Source of the DNA: Bacteroidales bacterium
Lineage (GTDB): Bacteria; Bacteroidota; Bacteroidia; Bacteroidales; WRLA01
DNA length: 64,000 nucleotides
Assembly (NCBI GenBank): GCA_963676725.1
Contig: OY781463.1
Span: 2,701,421 to 2,765,420, forward strand
Direction: 5' to 3'
This document shows, one piece after another, positions 58,326 to 64,000 of this stretch. Under the pieces are notes generated by a model. It saw only the letters and a program-made list of their open reading frames with translations. It had not been told where the DNA came from and did not search any database. The position numbers and the translations under genes were made by a program. Position 1 is the stretch's first letter. Each line of letters opens with the position of its first letter.

Positions 58326-58736
58326 ATGAACGATTATGAACACGACAAAAATCCGGCATTCTTCCGTTTTGAAGAATTAAGGATTTACCACAAATCGCTG
58401 GATTATATATGCTGGGTAAACCAGCATCAGCCAATCCCGGAAGCGAAAAAACAACTGCTTTGCGAAAAATTTCAAACAGCAGCTGCGAATATTGCGATCA
58501 ATATTGCTGAAGGATCGGCGCGAAACAAAAGCCAGTTTGTTTACTATCTGAAAATGTCGAAGAGTTGCATCCGCGAATGCGTTGTTTTTACAAGCACCAT
58601 GCACAAATTGGGATATTTCTCAGATGAAGAAGAACAGGAGTCGCGCAATCAACTGATGGAAATGACCAAAATGCTTGGCGCTTTCATCGGTTCTTTACAA
58701 CGAAATCAGCGCGATGATGACCACCGAGATGATTAA
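58326..58736 (+). CDS. Four-helix-bundle protein (23S rRNA intervening-sequence protein family)
   Basis: FEELRIYHKSLDY...NIAEGSARNKSQFVYYLKMSKSCIRECVVF matches the family pattern (L.vy.....l......NIAEG..r.s..ef..fl.iA.GS..E). Confidence 0.8.
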   Translation: MNDYEHDKNPAFFRFEELRIYHKSLDYICWVNQHQPIPEAKKQLLCEKFQTAAANIAINIAEGSARNKSQFVYYLKMSKSCIRECVVFTSTMHKLGYFSDEEEQESRNQLMEMTKMLGAFIGSLQRNQRDDDHRDD

Positions 58737-58758
58737 TTTTTAATACTTAAAAACTGCT

Positions 58759-60012
58759 ATGGCAATCTTTAAACCATTTAAAGGGCTACGCCCACCAAAA
58801 GAACTAGCCAAACAATTGGCTTCAAGACCTTATGATGTTTTAAATTCGGAAGAAGCTCGCGTAGAAGCTCAAGGAAACATCTACTCTTTACTACATATTA
58901 CAAAATCTGAAATCGACCTCGAACCCGGTATTGATGTACACAGCCAGGAGGTCTACGACAAATCTGTAGAAAATTTTAAGCTATTTCAAGAAAAAGGCTA
59001 TCTGAACCAGGATAAAACACCGAAGTTCTATATCTATGCCCAAACTATGGACGGGCGTACTCAATATGGCTTAGTGGGTTGTGCTCATATAGACGATTAT
59101 ATGAATGGTATCATTAAAAAACATGAGCTTACCAGAAAAGATAAAGAAGAAGACCGTATGATTCATGTGCGCATCAATGATGCCAATATTGAGCCTGTTT
59201 TCTTTGCTTATCCTGCTGTTAAAGAAATAGATAGAATTGTTGATAGCGTTGTAAAAACCCAGCAGGCTGAATACAACTTTGTTACAGAAGATGGTTTTGG
59301 CCATCATTTCTGGGTGATTAATGACGATATTGTTAACCAAAGGATTACTGAACTCTTCGCAACAAAAGTGCCATTTACCTATGTTGCTGATGGGCATCAT
59401 AGAACTGCTGCTGCTGCCTTGGTTGGCAAAGAAAAACGCGAAAACGACCCAAATCCTACTCCCGACAAAGAATACAACCATTTTCTTGCTGTGCATTTCC
59501 CTGACAACCAATTAAATATTATTGATTATAACAGAGTTGTTAAAGACCTCAACGGACATAGTCCTGAAGAGCTCATTGCATTGCTCGAAAAGAATTTTAT
59601 CGTAAAAGAAGAAGGTGAAGAGATTTACAAGCCTTCGAAATTACATGAATTCAGTATGTATCTTGAGGGCAAATGGTATAGCCTTCAGGCAAAAGATCAT
59701 ACTTATGACGATAACGACCCTATTGGCGTTTTGGATGTTACTGTTTTAAGCAAATTTGTCTTGGATGAAATGCTCGATATAAAAGACCTTAGAACATCAC
59801 AACGCATCGATTTTGTTGGCGGAATCAGAGGTCTGGGTGAATTGGAACGCCGCGTTGATAATGGCGAAATGAAAGTTGCCTTTGCACTTTATCCTGTTTC
59901 TATGAAACAACTGATCGATATTGCAGACAGTGGAAACATCATGCCACCAAAAACAACATGGTTTGAGCCTAAATTGAGGAGTGGGCTAGCAATCCATAAA
60001 CTCGAAGACTAA
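58759..60012 (+). CDS. DUF1015 domain protein
   Basis: The N-terminus MAIFKPFKGLRPPKELA...RPYDVL and the YVADGHHR motif are typical of DUF1015. Confidence 0.8.
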   Translation: MAIFKPFKGLRPPKELAKQLASRPYDVLNSEEARVEAQGNIYSLLHITKSEIDLEPGIDVHSQEVYDKSVENFKLFQEKGYLNQDKTPKFYIYAQTMDGRTQYGLVGCAHIDDYMNGIIKKHELTRKDKEEDRMIHVRINDANIEPVFFAYPAVKEIDRIVDSVVKTQQAEYNFVTEDGFGHHFWVINDDIVNQRITELFATKVPFTYVADGHHRTAAAALVGKEKRENDPNPTPDKEYNHFLAVHFPDNQLNIIDYNRVVKDLNGHSPEELIALLEKNFIVKEEGEEIYKPSKLHEFSMYLEGKWYSLQAKDHTYDDNDPIGVLDVTVLSKFVLDEMLDIKDLRTSQRIDFVGGIRGLGELERRVDNGEMKVAFALYPVSMKQLIDIADSGNIMPPKTTWFEPKLRSGLAIHKLED

Positions 60013-60086
60013 GTAGTGTTTGTCCATAATATTCAATCTTTTAGATTGTGGATAGGACGAATGAATACAGAAAATACAATGAATCA

Positions 60087-60118
60087 ACCGCTTTCCTTAT
60101 TTGGAAGGCGGTTTTTTA
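60087..60118 (+). terminator. Rho-independent terminator after DUF1015
   Basis: ACCGCTTTCC-ttattt-GGAAGGCGGT forms a 10-bp stem with one G-U pair, followed by TTTTTT. Confidence 0.7.
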
Positions 60119-60194
60119 TTGGATGGAAGTTTGAATCTCAAACGCCCATCAAGGAAATTATATTAGGTGGATTTTTAAAACCCTAATATGGTGA

Positions 60195-61060
60195 TCTGAA
60201 TTTTAAATACATAAATCCCCTGATTTACAAATGATAATACCACCCATTCTGGGTTTGATCATGCGCTGCATCCTGAATTTCTATAATAATGACATCCCTA
60301 TCGGGATTGGTGTGTGCTATTGAACCATTTGTTCGGTTTTGATGGAAATTTATGTGAAAAACACGCCTTATTTATTACATATCAGAACATTAAAACCCTG
60401 AAAGGGTGACATGATTATAAAAAGGCCTAACCTACTGGCTATCAAAACCCTGAAAGGGTGACACAATTATTACATTAGCATGCAACACCCAAAATACCTG
60501 AATTTCAAGTATTATAATACCACCCATTCTGGGTTTGATCATGCACTGCATCCTGAATTTCTATAATAACGACATCCCTATCGGAATTGGTGTGTGCTAT
60601 TGAACCATTTGTTCGGTTTTGATGGAAATTTACGTGAAAAACACTCCTTATTTATTGCATATCAGAACATTAAAACCCTGAAAGGGTGACATGATTATAA
60701 AAAGACCTAACCTACTGGCTATCAAAACCCTGAAAGGGTGACACAATTATTACATAAGCGCGCAACACCCAAAATACCTGAATTTCAAGTATTATAATAC
60801 CACCCATTCTGGGTTTGATCATGCACTGCATCCTGAATTTCTATAATAATGACATCCCTATTGGGATTGGTGTGTGCTATTGAACCATTTGTTCGGTTTT
60901 GATGGAAATTTACGTGAAAAACACGCCTTATTTATTGCATATCAGAACATTAAAACCCTGAAAGGGTGACATGATTATAAAAAGACCTAACCTACTGGCT
61001 ATCAAAACCCTGAAAGGGTGACACAATTATTACATAAGCGCGCAACACCCAAAATACCTG
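60195..61060. repeat. Tandem repeat, 3 x 280 bp, each unit containing two copies of a 20-nt hairpin motif
   Basis: aataccacccattctgggtttgatcatgc starts at 60236, 60516 and 60796. Each unit carries aaaACCCTgaaAGGGTgaca twice, with starts 53 nt apart. It lies in a convergent intergenic region. Confidence 0.9.
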
Positions 61061-61112
61061 AATTTCTTCTTTGAAACCTCAATAAGCATTAATACTCAGG
61101 ATTCCAGAATAT

Positions 61113-62891
61113 TTATGGTATCGGAATGCGAACAATAAACCTGGAGCCTTTTTCTTTTATGCTCTCCACATTTATATCGCCACCATGCTGCTCGGCAAAC
61201 TCTTTGCACAAGAGCAGACCGAGACCAGTACCCGTTTCATTATCTGTTCCCGGCATACTTTCAATGTTCCCAATCTGGAATAGTTTTGTTCGAATTTCAT
61301 CAGTCATTCCAATTCCATTATCTGAAACTGTGATAAAAACATCATGAGCCTTTTTATCCACATCAATATTGATTTCACCGCCTTCGAGGGAATATTTTAT
61401 TGCATTAGAGAGAAGGTTGCGAAGAATAGCCCGAATCATATTTTCGTCAGCGACAAATTCGATTTCGTCAAAATTAAAATGAATTTGTATTTTCTTTTTT
61501 TCTGCTGCTGAACGCAATAGGCTTACAACATCTTCAATAGACTCATTTAAATAATGCTTCATGGGCGAAAAATGAATTCTTCCTGTTTGTACCCGAGCCC
61601 ATTCCAAAAGATTATCAAGGAGGTTCAGGCTACGAATTGCAGTATTATTGAGGTGCCGGCTAATACGGTCAATATCTTCGCACTCTTTGTCTTTGCTTTT
61701 TTGCACTAATAATTCGCTATAGCCGAGAATACTATTAAAGGGAGACCTAAGGTCGTGCGCAATCACAGAGAACAATAAATCTTTTGTTGCATTCAATTCT
61801 TTCAGTTCTTTCGCCCGATCCTGAAGCATTTGATAGCTGCGACTATTCTGCAAGGCGATTGCGGCATAATCACCAAAAGCAGCAGCAAGTTGGGCATCAT
61901 GCTCATTAAAATCGCCATCTTTACAGGCCATTCCCATAATGCCTACGGTTTTTCCATCAATATTTAAAGGGCTGAACAGGACATTCCGCAGCGCCATATG
62001 GCCTTTAGGCATAAAATTCACCCATTCACTTTTCATAAAGTCATTATCAAAAACAACTTTCCCACTATAATACGCCTCAGCGCGCAAACCACGCACCGGC
62101 ATTGGCAGTTCAGGGTTTACCGTACAAGGCATTCCACCGTCTTCAAGAAACAAGAGTTCGTTCTCTTCTCCGTCATCAGACAATAATGCTACATAACCGG
62201 CTCTAGCTCCAATAGAGCGGGCACAAGCATCAAAAATATGCTTTGCTGTTTTTGTAAAATCCTCACTTTTCAGTATAGTATTTGCAGCTGCAAGAAGTTC
62301 CGATATTTCTTTCTCCCTTAACTTTAATTGGTTAAGGGATTTCATCAACTCCGTTCTACTATGCTCCAAGGAATTTTCTATTCTTTTCTGTTCGCTGATA
62401 TCACGGAATTCAGCAACACGAATCGTTCTCTGCTGAAAAGGAATATTTTTTGCACGGATTTCAAGATCAAAAGTCTTTCCATTTTTGCTCCTACCAATGG
62501 AAAAATATGGTTCTTCTGACTCATTCTTTATATGATTACTCACATGATCTCGTTCTTGCTCAGCAATAAGCAGCAAGACGTCCATTCCTTTGATTTCTGC
62601 TTCATCATAAGCAAACAGATCACAAAGGCTATGATTAAAATCCAGTATTACACCCTGATCATGGACAGCGATCCCGCCAAAAGACGCATTCGTCAATGTT
62701 TTGAAACGTGATTCGCTTTCCTGAAGCATTTGTGTTAATTCTGTTTGCTTTTTTAGAGCTTGATCATATTGCTGTTCATGTTTCTCTTGATAGCGAATCA
62801 ATTCTTCTACAATCCCATCTGTATTAATATTCGGCAGAAGTTCAGGATTCAATCCATTTTTCTCGAGAATTTCCCTAATTTTTTTTCGCAT
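61113..62891 (-). CDS. PAS-GAF sensor histidine kinase
   Basis: PAS-like N-terminal region and a GAF-like middle. H-box FSVIAHDLRSPFNSILGYSELL. N-box LRNLLSNAIKYS. DNGIGM and GTGLGLLLCKE. I chose ATG at 62891 because the track start is TTG. Confidence 0.85.
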   Translation of the reverse strand: MRKKIREILEKNGLNPELLPNINTDGIVEELIRYQEKHEQQYDQALKKQTELTQMLQESESRFKTLTNASFGGIAVHDQGVILDFNHSLCDLFAYDEAEIKGMDVLLLIAEQERDHVSNHIKNESEEPYFSIGRSKNGKTFDLEIRAKNIPFQQRTIRVAEFRDISEQKRIENSLEHSRTELMKSLNQLKLREKEISELLAAANTILKSEDFTKTAKHIFDACARSIGARAGYVALLSDDGEENELLFLEDGGMPCTVNPELPMPVRGLRAEAYYSGKVVFDNDFMKSEWVNFMPKGHMALRNVLFSPLNIDGKTVGIMGMACKDGDFNEHDAQLAAAFGDYAAIALQNSRSYQMLQDRAKELKELNATKDLLFSVIAHDLRSPFNSILGYSELLVQKSKDKECEDIDRISRHLNNTAIRSLNLLDNLLEWARVQTGRIHFSPMKHYLNESIEDVVSLLRSAAEKKKIQIHFNFDEIEFVADENMIRAILRNLLSNAIKYSLEGGEINIDVDKKAHDVFITVSDNGIGMTDEIRTKLFQIGNIESMPGTDNETGTGLGLLLCKEFAEQHGGDINVESIKEKGSRFIVRIPIP

Positions 62892-63020
62892 AATATTTCT
62901 CCACAAAGTATTCTATTATTAATCAAGCACAAAACACATATCCTGATGACGATAGATCAACAAATTAACTCCATTAAAATTTGAGCTACTCTTCGACAGA
63001 TATTGTATTTTGTATTAATC

Positions 63021-64000
63021 TCACACATATTTTTTAATCTTTCTTAATAAACTATCTTTTTGCACCGGCTTTTGGATATAGTCCGTGCATCCGGCTTCAA
63101 TGGTTTTTTCTCTATCACCACTTAGGGCATAAGCTGTTTGCGCAATAATTGGCAATTCGGGACGAAAAAGACGAATAGCCCTTGTTGCTTCATAACCATC
63201 CATTTTAGGCAATTTTATATCCATCAGCACCAAGTCAATATCATCATGCTCCCGAACAAAGTCCACGGCAATTTGTCCATTTTCTGCAAAAGAGACCGTC
63301 TTGCATAGATCATCCAATATATTCGCCAGGTATTCTCTGGCTATTTCATCATCTTCCACTACCAGAATATGGAGATGACTTAATTTTTCCATATTTTTAT
63401 CGGCACATACTTCCTGTTCCGGTATTGGCTTTATTTCGCAGCATTCCTCATAAGGGATTTTCAAATAGAAACAGGAGCCCTTTCCTTCCTCAGAAGCCAA
63501 GCTAATGGATCCCCCAAGCAATTCGGCATAAGCTTTAGCTATGGACAGCCCGAGACCTGCACCTTCAATTGCCTTGGTATAATCGAGGTCAACCTGATTA
63601 AAGCGGTTAAATATAAAATCCTGTTTATCAGTAGGAACACCAATACCTGTATCCTTTACAAATACTTCAATACACTCCTGCCCCATTTCTTGGCATTTGA
63701 TCAAATGATAACCAAATTCCACGCTTCCTTTTTGCGTATATTTTATAGCATTTTTAAGAAGGTTGATCAGGATTGCGTTAAATTTATCCATATCTGTGCG
63801 GGTAAACACTTCAATTTGATTCTTTATTAGCTTCAATTCCAATCCTTTCAGGGCGGCTTCCGGAGCAAAGAAGGAGTAATGGAATTCCATTTGCTCCTTT
63901 AAATTCATTTCGCTTAGGCTTATATCGACCTGCCCGGCTTCGATACGGGAAATATCTATTAAATCATTGATAATTGCCAGCATTCGTTTTCCACTTCGTT
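63021..64000 (-). CDS. Hybrid sensor histidine kinase / response regulator (N-terminus beyond the window)
   Basis: The frame is open to the window edge (..RSGKRMLAIINDLIDISRIEAG, the end of HisKA). HATPase_c (LINLLKNAIKYT, DTGIGV, GAGLGLSIAKA). C-terminal REC (ILVVEDDE...DLVLMDIKLPKMDG...KP). Confidence 0.85.
   Translation of the reverse strand, partial: RSGKRMLAIINDLIDISRIEAGQVDISLSEMNLKEQMEFHYSFFAPEAALKGLELKLIKNQIEVFTRTDMDKFNAILINLLKNAIKYTQKGSVEFGYHLIKCQEMGQECIEVFVKDTGIGVPTDKQDFIFNRFNQVDLDYTKAIEGAGLGLSIAKAYAELLGGSISLASEEGKGSCFYLKIPYEECCEIKPIPEQEVCADKNMEKLSHLHILVVEDDEIAREYLANILDDLCKTVSFAENGQIAVDFVREHDDIDLVLMDIKLPKMDGYEATRAIRLFRPELPIIAQTAYALSGDREKTIEAGCTDYIQKPVQKDSLLRKIKKYV

Overview
This window looks like Bacteroidota chromosome. 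The evidence is T9SS type-A and type-B C-terminal sorting domains, SprB repeats, TonB-dependent receptors and TAnnTTTG-like -7 boxes. Housekeeping or ordinary genes: two TonB-dependent receptors, a TRIC/UPF0126 channel, an S8 peptidase, mnmA, pabA, pabB, pabC, a Pif1/RecD-like helicase with an HRDC domain, two methyltransferases, a serA-like dehydrogenase, DUF1015, sensor kinases and a 2027-aa SprB-repeat adhesin. Four accessory or unusual regions stand out. (1) 25.5-39.5 kb, minus strand, between pabA and pabBC: eight orphan Rhs/YD C-terminal toxin cassettes, each followed by small membrane or lipoprotein immunity-type ORFs. Duplicated 5' leader fragments of the neighbouring 550-aa gene are interspersed, an IS21 istB remnant lies inside, and an exact 70-nt direct repeat sits 13.87 kb apart around the array. 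(2) 14.3-22.5 kb: a four-gene operon of three paralogous REC-histidine kinases plus an NtrC-type sigma-54 activator. Downstream lie a 2x467-bp tandem duplication carrying a foldback MITE-like element, a consensus sigma-54 promoter, and an ORF-free ~160-nt transcript ending in an intrinsic terminator, which is a candidate sigma-54-dependent sRNA. (3) 47.0-50.3 kb: a ~3.4-kb non-coding satellite of ~14 units (240-266 bp) with 532-bp higher-order structure. Its 26-nt indel-polymorphic core resembles a 24-nt in-frame insertion (RCTERSRS) present in five of seven Rhs core blocks. (4) Smaller repeat arrays: 3x280 bp at 60.2-61.1 kb and an 11-bp phased array at 10.39-10.51 kb. Three secreted proteins also share a C-terminal module ending in a conserved short tail instead of a T9SS sorting domain. 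I recognised no tRNA, rRNA or CRISPR. All functional calls come from motif recognition by eye; no searches were run.
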